Source: Oopsacas minuta
Lineage: Eukaryota; Animalia; Porifera
NCBI GenBank assembly: GCA_024704765.1
Contig: JAKMXF010000312.1
Location: 325,309-389,308 of the forward strand
DNA length: 64,000 nt
Direction of reading: 5' to 3'
The notes below the pieces were generated by a model. That model did not search any database. It saw only the letters and a program-made list of their open reading frames with translations, and had not been told where the DNA came from. The position numbers and the translations under genes were made by a program. Below are positions 52,101-64,000 of this stretch, one piece after another; the stretch's first letter is position 1; each line of letters begins with the position of its first letter.

Positions 52101-55100
52101 TTTCCAATCAAAACATAAGCCAGTTTCTACAGCTATTTTAGACAGACGTATTTCTAAGGTAACATTATTCTATGATATGATTAGTAAACTTGAAAGTAAG
52201 ATTAATATTTCTACTACAAAACTCAAAACAGCTGTGCTACCATTCGAGGGGGAGCGTCTCACATTTGTGGAACAAGTCTCACAACTAGCGGATGTAGGAT
52301 ACACCTACTTTTCACCGTTTTTGTTCTCAACACTCGCTTCGAATGGTGTTGTTAATAATTGGCAGTGTGATGACGTGGATGGTGACGTTATATGGGTACC
52401 TTACCCCTCAATAGAGGGAGGGAAGGTGTGTCTTAATAGCTTGATGACGGGGTCTAATATTTACACACCTTCTAGTTTTATGAATATACTCAGTGTGCAT
52501 GTAGCTGATTCGTTTCTGTTAGCGATTTGCTTTACGCAAACTGAGTCGAATTCGAGGTTTATTGCAATATTGAATTCACAGCAAAACGGGAGTATTGATT
52601 GGAAATGTGAGGATGTGCTAGAAATCGCGAGGAGCTCTAGTTTATGTGCTACACACTCTGTACAGGTTGAGTGGGTATCGTGTAAGAATGGGAGGTTCAT
52701 ATTAGCCGTAATGTGGGGAGCTGGTATACATATTTTCGCGAAATGTAACAAGGAACAAGTGAAAGAGAATATACAAATATATGAGAATATACACGATGGG
52801 ATAAGCCCATTACATTCATATGTAAATTCATTGATGGATACCTGTATGGGTAGATGGGTGAGAATTGCCGCGTTTGAGGCTCCGCTTAACCGCGTGTCAC
52901 CCAATGATGTCATGGGAATATGCCACGTAGGTGGCGGCGCACTGTTACTTTCCGTTAACTCCGTCCTTGTATTGCTATCGCCATGGATTATATCAAAGGA
53001 CACTCCCTTATGGGAAATTAGCTTATCAGAGAGTATATCATTTTCCCTATTCGATATAGACACTGTATTAACTCGTACTCTCCCTCAATTCCATCCATAT
53101 GTTCTGTTAGAATTAATACAAGCTGGTATGCTAGAACATATCAAGGCAATTCTACTTCATATAGCTCAGCGTGTTGTTAGCACAGAACAACTGAGTATTG
53201 GGGTTCAAAGGTCACGAACCGGAAGTGTTATAAAAGATACGTTAGATACTTATAATGCGAATGAGGATATTTATGATTATTCTGATTTAGAAGCTCAGCT
53301 GTTTAGTGAGGAACAAATAGTGGTTGATAATCGTGATGTCATTGTTAAGCAAGTTAAGTATATACCTCCCCTACCTCTATCTGCATTCCAACAACGCACT
53401 ATTGTTGCTAACGACGTATTCAGTGAGTTTACACCACTAATACAGTCCTGCTTATCCCGGGCATTACCGGAATGTGCGTTACCTGAACTGTTACCTATTG
53501 AAGAAATAGAGCTACAAGCTATTGTAAGCACGATGGGGAATATGAAATTGCTGGAAGAATTCGGGGATACAAATACGACGGATAAGGACGTACCGCTGGT
53601 TGATGAGTGTGGGTTAAGGTATCGGCTAGCATTGAAGAGATATGTACACTGTAAGCAGTATACTCCTAATACGGATTTCTCTAGCTTAATCACACCGGGA
53701 GATTTTGTATGGGGATTCCATTCATTCGAGCAGGAGAAGTTGCTAAAAGACATTCCATCTATCGCTAGTGGTAACCCAGATTGGACGGAGCTTAGACATG
53801 CTGGGGTTTGCTGGTGGGTTCGTAGTGTCGAGATGTTACGGCCTTTTATTGAGAAATTAGCTAAGTCGAGATTCGCGGCTAAAAACGATCCGTTAGATGC
53901 CGCGTTGTTCTATTTAGCTTTGGGCAAGAAGTCGGTTTTGAAGCATTTATTTAGGACAGGCGGTAACACGAAAATGTATGACTTTTTCGCGAATAATTTC
54001 ACACAAGATCGTTGGAAAAAAGCCGCGAAAAAGAATGCATTCAAACTCATGAGTCTACAACGATTTGAAACGGCGGTTGCATTCTTTTTGCTAGGACATT
54101 CTATCTGGGACGCAGTAGAGGTTTGTATCGATAGATTACAGGATTTCCAATTAGCCTTGCTTATAACACGATTGGCAGAAGGAGATAGAGGTGAACATTA
54201 TCAGAGATTACTGCGTTTAATCGTTGGTACGAAAACAGGTGACGAAAGCCGAAAAATACCCGAGTTAAGACAGAGTGCGTATTATAGGTCAATGGCTTAT
54301 TGGCAGTTAGATGACTATACAAATGCAATTGATACTCTACTTTACATAGAACCGAATTATATCAGCGCGCCTATTTGTAATTTCTATTTCTATTTGAAAT
54401 CTCATCCGCTCATCTGTAGACACAGACGCCAATCTCCAGACTATTTAACACAAGAGGAAGTTAAGCTTGTTTTCAGTACTGCTGGACATTATATAGATAG
54501 AGGTAGTCCGTTGTTAGCTATATTGATTTTATTGAAGTTTGGTAAGGAACAATTCGCATTGACTCAACAGGCTATTACTAAGAAGATTGAGGTTGTGAGT
54601 ACTCATACTCAATTAGATACACAGATAAATACAGGTAGGTAAATGCGGTACAGAGGTTCCAAATGCATTCATTTATATATTTATTTTGTTATAATTATTA
54701 CACGTCACAGGTACAATATCAACAGAACTATTCGGCCCCCCTAAACTCCAAGATTTCCCTAAACAAACATCTGACTCATTCGACTGGAGTAAACCGGCAT
54801 TCTCTGTTCTTACTTCCGTCGACTTTGAACCGCCTAAACTCACAGAACGTGCTGAAGACTATGATTGGACTTCTGGTACTTCTTTCAATAATTCTCTAAT
54901 GCAAGATGATGACGACTATATTCCCCATGTAACTCCACATCAGTTAGAGTCTGTAAGGGAAAATCAAAATGAATATGGTGAAGTTGATGATAATATTGTA
55001 CTGGATTTAAGACCTAGTTTGTTACACGCGAAATTTAACACTTCTCTATCGTATCTATGCCAGAATATGTCGAATCTTAAAGCTGTTAACGGCGAGGTTG

Positions 55101-57916
55101 GGAATAGCTCGAAATTTAACACATATCTTCGAGAATTTATATCCACTGAACTGGAACAAGCTGCCAATAATTTAAATATGCATTTCGAGTTTGAAAATAT
55201 AACCGCGAGTTTGAAACCATTACTAATACCACTCGCGGAATATCTCACCTTATCACAGAATAATCTAGTCGCGAAACAAGCAGCTATAACCTTATTATAC
55301 ACACTTATTTCTACCGATTCTTCACACTTTCCAAAGGCTGATTCTATCGGTTCAATCCCCATCTTCCTATCCGCTCCATTACCCCCTGCTTATTATATGA
55401 ACCTGTTAACTTATACGAATAATCAAGTCTTGGATTTATTTAATTTTGTAAAGAAATTCAGATTTCCATTAAATACACTTACGCGTGAGATTGGAATAGA
55501 AATGATACTACAGCAATGTACAGTTATATCGTATTGTCTACTGACGTCACTCAGCTCTATGAAATTCGGTTTTTCACACCTTTATACGTATTCCCCTCGT
55601 AGCACTCCCTTGCATCCTTATAAGCTATCAGGTGGTGGAATGAATAATAAACTCTCCAGTTGGCCTGGCGTTAACAATAACGAACATGCTCTTATAACAG
55701 AAAGCACGCGTAAGAGAATTACAATACTATTAGCTGAGGCATGTGGTGGAGTATTGCTTGCTTTATTCGCTAATGCTTATCTACAGCAGAATGCCAAGCT
55801 CATGTTCTTGTTGCTAAGGAATATGCCTGACGACAAGATGTGGTATGAGGTATTCTGTGGGGGAGAGGGAGGTCCCCCTCTTGGTAGTCCAGTTATTAGT
55901 ATACTACAGTTTTATCTACGTGAAAAACCGCAAGTTAATACAGCTTCTTTCTCTGTTATTAATGGTTAGTTGAATAGATAATGTATATACAGTGTAACCT
56001 CTATGAATGGTCTGCAAAGGACGCCGAAAAATGCTACCCCCGTTTGTGAAGATTTCTCTGTTGTAAATTTGTATAAATATTTCTTTTAGAAGAATTGAAT
56101 TCTACTCAAAGTTCAGATGAATCACACAACACTGATTTCACACGTCCTCTTTCTGTATACATGTGGAGTATTATATCACTATGTGCGGTTAAAAAGGTGT
56201 TAGAAGCTGTTAAACATATATCAGCTATGATTGGGATTGATACAGAGCTACCGCTTAAATCTTCATTGCTGTGTCAGATTAGGACACAGGGTATGAGATG
56301 GGAGAAAGACTTGAGTACTTATTTGGATTCATCGTGTAGTTTGACTGAAAAGATTAAGAGCTCTTCTATTACTGATTCGTCTAATTCATCTTCTCTACGG
56401 TGAGTAGATAGATCGATAGATCAAGCGATTACTATTACGATTCTGATTACATTTCCTAATATACAGGTCTATGATAATACGTCACATAAGAGCACTAGAC
56501 AGCTGTGAGGTATCCACACAGATGAGAGAAATGTTAGAATTCCTAGAACAGATAGACGACGCTAGAGAAGTACTATACTATTATCTTAAACCTCCTACTG
56601 AAGATTCTACAGAGTTATACAGGCCTAAGGTGTTGTTCAGAGAAGAAGATCCTATATACTCATTCTGTTACTCTCCTAGTAAGCCATTGGTACTTGCTCT
56701 ATCTAGTTCTAAACATATTTATGAGATCGATATTAGCAGGTAAATTTTGCACAGTAACAGGCTTTGTAATAAGAGATCTGTAAGGCGTTTCAATATTAAA
56801 TGTCATAGGTTCGATTCAGGCCAGTGGGTAGAAGACAGTGACGCGTCTCCAGAGGATCCTAGCCCTGTAGGAGGCAAGTCACACCGTCTAGAAGACTTCT
56901 TGGTAGTGTACCAGCCCAGTGAGAAGCGAGACTCCCCGCTAATCGGAGGGGGATCTCATGAACAAACTGGTGCCACTAGCTCCGTCCTAATTAAACGGTC
57001 ACAACACAATGTACGTAGAATGGAGGCACATCCAGAGCTCCCGTATTATCTCTGTGGTACACAGGACGGAGCTGTACATCTATGTCAGTTTGATAACGAA
57101 GGAATTGTTCAGAGTCTATGTAAGAGCCATGCTACTATTACTTCTATACACTTCACTCATCAAGGCAATAAATTCGGTATCTTAGACAAGGAGGGAGGAT
57201 TCTCTAGCTGTCAAGGAATATATACTAGCATGTCACAACCTCAGAAACTTATTACGAATTGTCATTCACGGTCTAGCGAGGATTTCTGCTATTTGTCGTC
57301 TTCTAGTTTTATAGCTACATGTGGATATTCCGGGGATTCTACTAATGTTAGACTATGGGATTTGTTGATGCCTTCTAAACGTATGATAGTTAAACAGTTC
57401 TACTGCCATCCTGAAGGTTTGTTATGTTATTAGAGGGTTGGGGCCGTTATGATTACAATTGTAATTGTATTAATCAGAAAGTAATTGGCTCCAACCCTGG
57501 CAATATTCACAGTTGTACAATTCGTTTAATACCTAATTTTAGGGTCTACTATACTGGCATACAGTCAGAGACATCAACAGCTGATCTCTGGCGGTAGAAA
57601 AGGTGATATATGTATATTTGACATAAGACAACAATCACTTATACAGAGAATAGAAGCACATACAGATGCTGTACGAGCTATTGCACTGAATAACTCTGAA
57701 GATTTCTACGTGACAGGATGTTCAAGCGGATCAGCTAAACTATGGGGATTAACTGTACACAGCCCAATACGGACATTCAGTATGCTACACCCTAAGTCAA
57801 GTATGTTCCGCACTGAACCAGGGATAACGCATTTATCTCTTACAGAGGATGGGTACTTATTGTCCAGTGGGGGCGATGGGACCGTGAGGAGATCACCTGT
57901 ACATCATTTGCTATAG
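49147..57916 (+). CDS. DMXL2: DmX-like protein / Rabconnectin-3 alpha (RAVE complex subunit), multi-exon
   Basis: Start MLQAHTIFPGAVN; WD40 FSPDGQLFATCG; Rav1-like FFANNFTQDRWKKAAKKNAFKLMSLQRFETAVAFFLLG; FDWS; C-terminal WD40s (RRMEAHPELPYYL, ISGGRKG, SGGDGTV). Traced exons include 49147-49324, 50503-54634 and one from 54711; the other boundaries are approximate. DMXL1 vs DMXL2 cannot be resolved. Confidence 0.92.
55990..56053. mobile_element. Tc1/mariner-like MITE (AACCTCCACAAACGG family) in a DMXL intron
   Basis: TA|cagtgtaacctc ... ggacgccgaaaaatgctacccccgtttgtgaag. Confidence 0.65.
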
Positions 57917-58389
57917 ATACATACAACCAATATATTGTATTTGTGTATATTCAGTAATCAATTATAGGTATAAATATATTTACACAGAATCTCCGTATTA
58001 CGCTTAATTATGTTAAAATGTTATTAATCGGATATAGTACACACAACCTCTGAGATGGGGACTGGAGGACTATTTTACACTCCAACGGGCCTCCAAAAAT
58101 CATGTTTCATCATCGACTAATCCTCAAAATACGTATTTGGGTGATATATCCATATAAATGTACTCATTTTCGGGAAGATAGCTAAAAGGCTTTGGTAATA
58201 CATACACCGATGACGTAGAGTATGTATTTTAGCAAATAATTGTAGCTTCTTGTTAACGGGAATCTTCTGTAAACAATAGCTTGTATTAATAAATAAAAAT
58301 AGAAATAGGTTTAAAATCCAATTAATCTTTATATACACATACAAATGAGCATCAATAATAAAAAGCTATAAATTCTATACAAAACATTC

Positions 58390-61300
58390 TTAGTAGTTCT
58401 TTGGCTTAGGTGGAAGCTCTGGTTTAGTGATTAAATACGGAGATACGAGGTTGGATGTGTTCTTAACGTAAGCTACGTTATTTGTAAATGTTATATCAGG
58501 TTCATAGTCATCTAAGGTGTTTACTGTCTCCTCGCATGAACCTGTTTGTGTTTTGTGTTTAGATGATTCTCCTGATGAAATTAAGCTCTTTGTTTTACGT
58601 ATTTCTATAGGGGTGATGTCTAGGTCCAGGAAATCTACACAACTGTATCTGTAGATAGAAACGGAAATTTGTAAAAGGGATGGTGAGTATCAAATTTGTG
58701 TAGAATTGATTGCGGTACTGTAAGAGCATGATATACCCTGTGGAGGTCATAGTGAGGACAAACGGGGCAATTACCACAGATTTGAAAACCATGGCTCCTA
58801 TATTGCCTCGGACGTATGCTTGACTCATCTCTGAGAGAATGTATTACATATTTTAAGACTTACCTATTGTCTTGTGGTGCTTGAATATTCGTAACATCCT
58901 TGGTATGAGCTATTAGAGTTTTATGTTTGAATGAATCCAATACATTAACAGGGAAATGATCTATGAATGGATTTGTAGTAACTTCCTTATTATGTTGTAT
59001 AGTATTGTATCCATCCTCGTTCTTTGGATAGAAATTAGCTGTGTTTTTACTGTCAGGTACTTCGGAGTAGTCTATTGGCTGTGTAAACTCTGAATTGTTC
59101 TAAATAGAATTTCAATTATTTACATTTTAAAGAAATTCCACCATTAGGATATTAGATATTAAACCATGGATGGTGGATTTTTGTGTACTAACCTGATGCT
59201 TTGTCTTGGGTATAGTATTCCAGTCATCATGTCTAAGTCTACTATATTCTAATTCCACTGAACTTGTTTGGTAGTTAGGAGTACTGTATATTGTAGCTGA
59301 TGGTATATCAGGGAGAGGTCTACTGATATTAGGAGATTCAGGTGGTGACGTCATATGATTATTAGGCATGTCACCGACTGATGATACACAACTTGAATAG
59401 ATTGGTAATGGTTGTAGCTTACGTTCAGGGAGTGTTACAGCTGACTAAATGATAAGAAAGAGCTCACCACTGTAAAACCTCCACAAACGGGGAACTTCTG
59501 AAAACGGAGTGAAAAGTATATTGTCCGAATTCCTAGCCTCATACAGATGAATCTCTACCCGTTTAGACAGTTTCTACCAAAGTCCCGTTTGCGGAGGTTA
59601 CACTGTATATATCTTACCCTTGGTTGAGCTGATGGTGTCTTAGTTAGCTGTGATTTAGACATTACGAATTGTTTAACTTTATAATACAGAGGTCTGCATT
59701 CATCTCCTTGAAACCTGATCTGTCCGTAACCAGTGAAAGAGCGACTAACAAATACAGATAATAAACCAGGGATATACAGGCTTTATTTTGACTAAAATAG
59801 GCCCTATATGCTTATTAGATATTTAACCAAGGTTGGCGGATTATGTTATATACAAATCCACCATCCATGGTTAATTATCTAATAAGCATATAGGATCAGG
59901 ATTTTCGTAGACTTACTGTCCAGATGTTATAATGAGCTTATCATCATTTGTTAGTTTAAATTCTCGGATATGAGTTATTAGCCATGTAACCTGAGTTTCT
60001 AGCGTTACAGCATGACACAACTTTATATCCTGATTACGTACAATCACTACACACAAGCCTTTAGGTACCAGTGTTAATGTAGATACTTCTACTTCTACTT
60101 TGTACTTGGATACTACTTCCTCAATAATTGCATGAGCTAGAATGGTGATGTGTAGTTATGCAATATCTTAAGCCAATGGTTACCTTGGGACAATGGACCT
60201 CTTGGCCCACGTACGATAGCAAAGGGTCCACATAAAGTGTTAACATTTGTTTAAGGGAAAAAGCCACATAATTTGCAATTACTTCCCTGGAATTCTTGTA
60301 ATAGAGAGATTTAAAGTCTATTTTGTATTGGAAATAATTCCTCAAATAAGTTCGCGTATTTGCAAGGGATTTTCGTCCAAAATACGACTTTGCTAATAGC
60401 CTAACTACACTGTATTATGATTAGAGAGTATATAAATTACTTGGAGAAGATACTGTAGTCTTAACAGTAGGTTTCCTGTTGTTGTTATGAGGAGGTAAGG
60501 GTGGAGCTACAGGCACCTCAGTAGGAGGCTCTGCTCCTATCTTACTTATATCATTCATAGAATTACTCTTTGTTCTGTTTCTGATTGAGCCAGTTAGTTT
60601 CATTGATGTTGTTAGGCTGTTGTCCACTAGATGGTCTATTGATGTAGTTCTGGGGAATAAGCACTCATTCAGCTCCTATAATGAATGACGTCATCAGAGC
60701 GTAATAAAATGGTTACGACGAAAATGGTTGTTATATGATTAATTTTTTTAACCATGGATACATTCAACCCCGTTATGCCAAATACGGATATATCGAAAAT
60801 CCAGTTTCGATATGACGGGAGGTGATTGTATACAAATCCACCATCCATGGTTTAAATAACTTCATCATAAAGTACAAACATTAACTCACTTCAACCCATG
60901 ATTCTAAGCCGAATTGACTATCACATTCAAACACATATCTACTGCCTGGAGGACAGACAGCAAACATATGTCTAACTTGTTTATGATTCTGCTGACATAT
61001 GACAACTGGTGTGACAGTTCCTGTCAAATTGAATGTGTATTTAGGACTGTAACCTGATCGGAATTGAGACTCGTTAGAGTATGCATCGAATACAATACGG
61101 GGTGTACTACCTTCTATCTGTTTGAATACTAACCATACTTTCTTCCAATGCTAAATATACATCAGTTAGTAAATATATTGTGTAGTTGTATTTCACTGAT
61201 TACATGGTGAAAGAATGACAATATTCATACGGCAGGTAAACTTGATGCGGGCAGTGGCGCTGAAACAAATTTACAACTAACAGTGGTCTTATTCATGAAA

Positions 61301-61420
61301 AATACTTACATGGAATACTTTCCTCTCCTGTATACACACATAACCTTGTTTCTTAATCTCATACTGCTCGTCAGTGTCTGTCTGACAAAAGAATGCCGAT
61401 CCGCTCCTGTCTTTATTCAT
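58390..61420 (-). CDS. DOK/IRS-like adaptor: PH domain, IRS-type PTB domain, Tyr/Pro-rich tail
   Basis: Frame-consistent exons 61420-61310, 61150-60890, 60675-60441, 60136-59917, 59744-59618, 59444-59193, 59099-58864, 58648-58390. PH: KKQGYV...HWKKVWLVF...YVFECDSQFGLESWVE. PTB: YKVEV...KGLCVVIV...VTWLITHIREF...SGHRSFTGYGQIRF. Tail YSEV, YNTI, YSCV, PELPPKP. Confidence 0.72.
59468..59605. mobile_element. Tc1/mariner-like MITE (AACCTCCACAAACGG family)
   Basis: aacctccacaaacggg ... cccgtttgcggaggttacactg|TA. Confidence 0.8.
59781..59908. mobile_element. Near-fully palindromic CCATGG-core foldback MITE
   Basis: aaaataggccctatatgcttattagatatttaaccaaggttggcggatt / aatccaccatccatggttaattatctaataagcatataggatcaggatttt, with an ~11-bp loop. 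Confidence 0.8.
60716..60860. mobile_element. CCATGG-core foldback MITE
   Basis: acgaaaatgg...ttaaccatggat ... aaatccaccatccatggtttaaata. Confidence 0.65.
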
Positions 61421-61770
61421 TATTATAATACTTATTTCTATTAATTACTTGTATTAATATTGCTGATACTGACTGTAGATATATTTACATAGTAATTCAA
61501 TATCTTATATAACGATATAATCAATGACGTCATACAGTATTTATGTCTTATAGCTTATACCAGTGATAATATTCTACAGCTAATACATACGTTGATGACG
61601 ATAGCTTACAAGAAATATTTCCTATATTTATAGCGACTTCCGGTCAGTCATATACTTTCCACCTCCCCCAGAGGGAACAGCTAGGTCTTATATACAGTTA
61701 AAATGATCAGATTGAATGATCTGTTTATATAAGTTTATATGAATAATTCAATGTATAAAGTGTATGTATA

Positions 61771-62736
61771 TTAGTTAATGGGATCTAATGGTCTGTTAAA
61801 GCCACCTCGACGGTTCATATACTGTCTGTATCTGCGCTTTTTCACAATACGTACTTCAGATTCCATTTTACCAAGATATTGGTCTGTTTTCTTCTCACCT
61901 TTTGTGCTGTGAAATTCCGCGAATCCCATTACTCGCATCATCTCGGTTTCCTCCGAATTATCTAGATCACTTGAATTATTGTCATAATCTCGTTTCTTTT
62001 CGCGTTTGTAAGCTCTTTTGAGTTCTAATTTATAATCTAAAAATAGAAATTATGTAAGTTCTATCAATTTGAAGGATCCCTGGTCCAATGAGTACAAACA
62101 TATGTATATTTTCACAACTTTGATTATATTATTGTTGCTACTAAAGTTCTAGAATATTATTTGAGATTAGCTATCTAGCTTATACGTATGCTAATCGATA
62201 GAATTATCAATTCATTTGCTTAGAATAGTTATTCAACATAGTTGTATAGTTAATATACACATACGTCATGCTATACTACCTGAATAATCCTTCTTGTAAG
62301 ATGATAAAGATCTCTTCTTATCTAAGCTAATTTTCTTTATAGTTCTCTCTATCTCCTCAAGCTTTGGAGACCTGCTTCTGCTACGTGTATGCTTCTTTCT
62401 ATCATAATATGATGACATATCGTCTCTATTGGAATATACGTACAGTCAATTCCCGTTAAATCAAAGCTCAAGGGACCGCGAAGGTTACTTCGATATAACC
62501 GATGACATATATGTTACTTTGACGGTTTGGGACTATATTTGTATAATTAGCGGGTATTTCAATACAACGGGAATTGACTGTACAGTATCTTACCTGTGTT
62601 CCTTAGAATGAGTATGAGACTTGTGTCTTCGTTTAGGACTGTGTGCATGTGTGTGTGTATCTCTCTTATGTCTGTAAGATCTGTGAGGAGATCTGCTCCT
62701 ACTACGAGTATGAGATCTAGATCTGCTTCTTCTCAT
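61771..62736 (-). CDS. SNRNP27: U4/U6.U5 tri-snRNP 27-kDa protein
   Basis: Exons 62736-62594 (RS-rich [17 protein letters not shown]), 62425-62280, 62036-61771 with [19 protein letters not shown]...[19 protein letters not shown]. Not present as a sense ORF in the ORF track. Confidence 0.93.
62443..62580. mobile_element. TA-flanked MITE (CAGTCAACTCCC family) in a SNRNP27 intron
   Basis: Perfect 15-bp TIR TA|cagtcaattcccgtt ... aacgggaattgactg|TA. Confidence 0.88.
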
Positions 62737-62813
62737 CTATTGCTACTATACGCTACTATTAAACCTCTGGAGACGGAATGAAAATAAATAGAGCGAACTC
62801 CTAGTCCATAGAA

Positions 62814-62877
62814 ATGAACCTCCACAAACGGGGTAGCATTTTCGGCGTCCCTGACACCTCGTTGTAGAGGTTACACT
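62814..62877. mobile_element. Tc1/mariner-like MITE (AACCTCCACAAACGG family)
   Basis: aacctccacaaacggg...ttttcggcgtccct...gaggttacactg|TA. Confidence 0.7.
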
Positions 62878-63050
62878 GTATAACAATCCTGGATTCATGG
62901 ACCAGTGCTGTTAAAAAATAAATAGAGTTTAAGCAAAATAAAAAGTGTTTATTGTTTAAGAATGATAAATAAATAAGCAAGAGAAGAGAATTATAAAGCC
63001 TATTAGTAAATTGTTAGTAGTAAAAACTAAAAACAGTGTGAAATTTCGCG

Positions 63051-63838
63051 TTACACCAGCCCAGCAATGTTCTTCTTATCTTTACGTAACATTCTCAGAG
63101 ATACGTTGCTATCTACTCCAGCTACATCAGGCTGTAATGGACCTACACTGATACTACGGGTTAATGTAGGATCCTTCTTAGCTCTGAGGAGAACTTCTTT
63201 ACTTACTCGCTTCTCTATTTCTGCTGTGTCTATTAGATAGCCTTCTTTAGAAGCGTCAGTAGACCTGTAAGTTATATTAATTCAGAGTTATAAGAAACAG
63301 GTATATACTGTATGTGAAAGTATAAAGGAATACCTTAATAGAGGCGGTTTAGCGAGTAGAATAGCTTCATCCCATTGATGCCAGGTCTTCTTACCTGGAA
63401 CTATCTCTTCTGATAATCTGAGTCTTATCAGAGTGCTAGCTGGTGTATCAGCTGTTAGTTTGTCTAGATCCTCGCTTATGTGTTGGAGGGTAGGACGTTC
63501 TGAGGGGGTCTACAGGGTGTGTGGTAACATCATACTTAACATATTCAAGCTTTTATATGTCAAATATTTACCTGATTGAGTCCATCAGTAATTACAGCAA
63601 ACAGCTTCTCAGCTACATTAGGAGGTTGTGTAACTTTCAATTTCTTAACCTGAGATAGTCTAGCTACATATTCTACTCCTGTACCTCCTACTGTAGCTAT
63701 ACTCAGAAGTAGAAGAGATAGAGAGTATACGTCACTCTTGTTAGAGTGTGGACTACCATTGAGTACTTCTGGAGCACCGTAATAGAGCTTCTCTTGGTTA
63801 GATCCTGCTTGTTCTCCCTCAGGAGAGAAGCCTGATAT
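63051..63838 (-). CDS. 3' exons of a protein kinase-like gene, probably a pseudokinase; 5' part beyond the right edge
   Basis: Exons 63838-63572, 63509-63334, 63264-63051 in frame: ISGFSPE...YYGAPEVLNG...KSDVYSLSLLL...ERPTL. GFS occupies the DFG position. Confidence 0.7.
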
Positions 63839-63864
63839 CTATACGGGGTTCTAAGTTATAACTA

Positions 63865-63915
63865 TTGGAAATGGTCTTTCCTATATTGTTAGCAGATATT
63901 TAACCATGGATGGTG
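63865..63915. mobile_element. One arm of a CCATGG-core foldback MITE, followed by an AACCTCCACAAACG MITE fragment
   Basis: gatatttaaccatggatggtggattt, then aacctccacaaacg...gacgccgaaaaat at ~63945-63980. Confidence 0.55.
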
Positions 63916-64000
63916 GATTTCGTATATTAAGATACTGCGTAACCTCCACAAACGAGATGCCAGAGACGCCGAAAAATGGCAACACTCAAGCAGATCAACT

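Noticed and set aside
58700-58830. Possible extra exon of the DOK-like gene (acceptor at 58830)
   Set aside because: No phase-2 GT donor connects it to the frame ending PELPPKPKNY*; direct splicing 58864-58648 keeps frame.
8225-61533. Recurrent TGACGTCA (CRE) octamers
   Set aside because: Several lie in coding exons or at MITE margins; enrichment cannot be shown without counting against background.
62596-62781. + strand ORFs 62429 and 62596
   Set aside because: One overlaps a MITE and the other is antisense to the RS-rich first exon of SNRNP27.

Overview
AT-rich, compact, intron-containing eukaryotic (animal) DNA. A sponge, possibly a glass sponge, is my inference from gene style and is not proven. 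Exon coordinates were traced by hand from GT-AG junctions and reading frame, so the six-frame ORF track mostly shows exon fragments and antisense shadows. The left ~39.5 kb is a cluster of five paralogous cell-surface receptor genes built from shuffled phase-1/phase-1 exons (C-type lectin domains plus a recurring triplet of atypical Ig-like domains). Three end in FN3-TM-PTP(D1)-PTP(D2). One keeps only FN3-TM, an acidic linker and a catalytically dead D2. One is a giant (CTLD-CTLD-Ig-Ig-Ig)n repeat protein that runs off the left edge. The cluster shows exon-level gene conversion, one frameshifted exon and an orphan terminal exon. The right ~24 kb is densely packed housekeeping and signalling genes: PET100, FNTA, a NEK kinase, a SPATA2/Tamozhennic-like PUB-NZF protein with three tandem-repeat arrays, DMXL (Rabconnectin-3 alpha), a DOK-like PH-PTB adaptor, SNRNP27 and the 3' part of a probable pseudokinase. 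Many introns carry small non-autonomous DNA transposons: TA-flanked CAGT...ACTG MITEs, a CCATGG-core foldback family and one Helitron-like insert.
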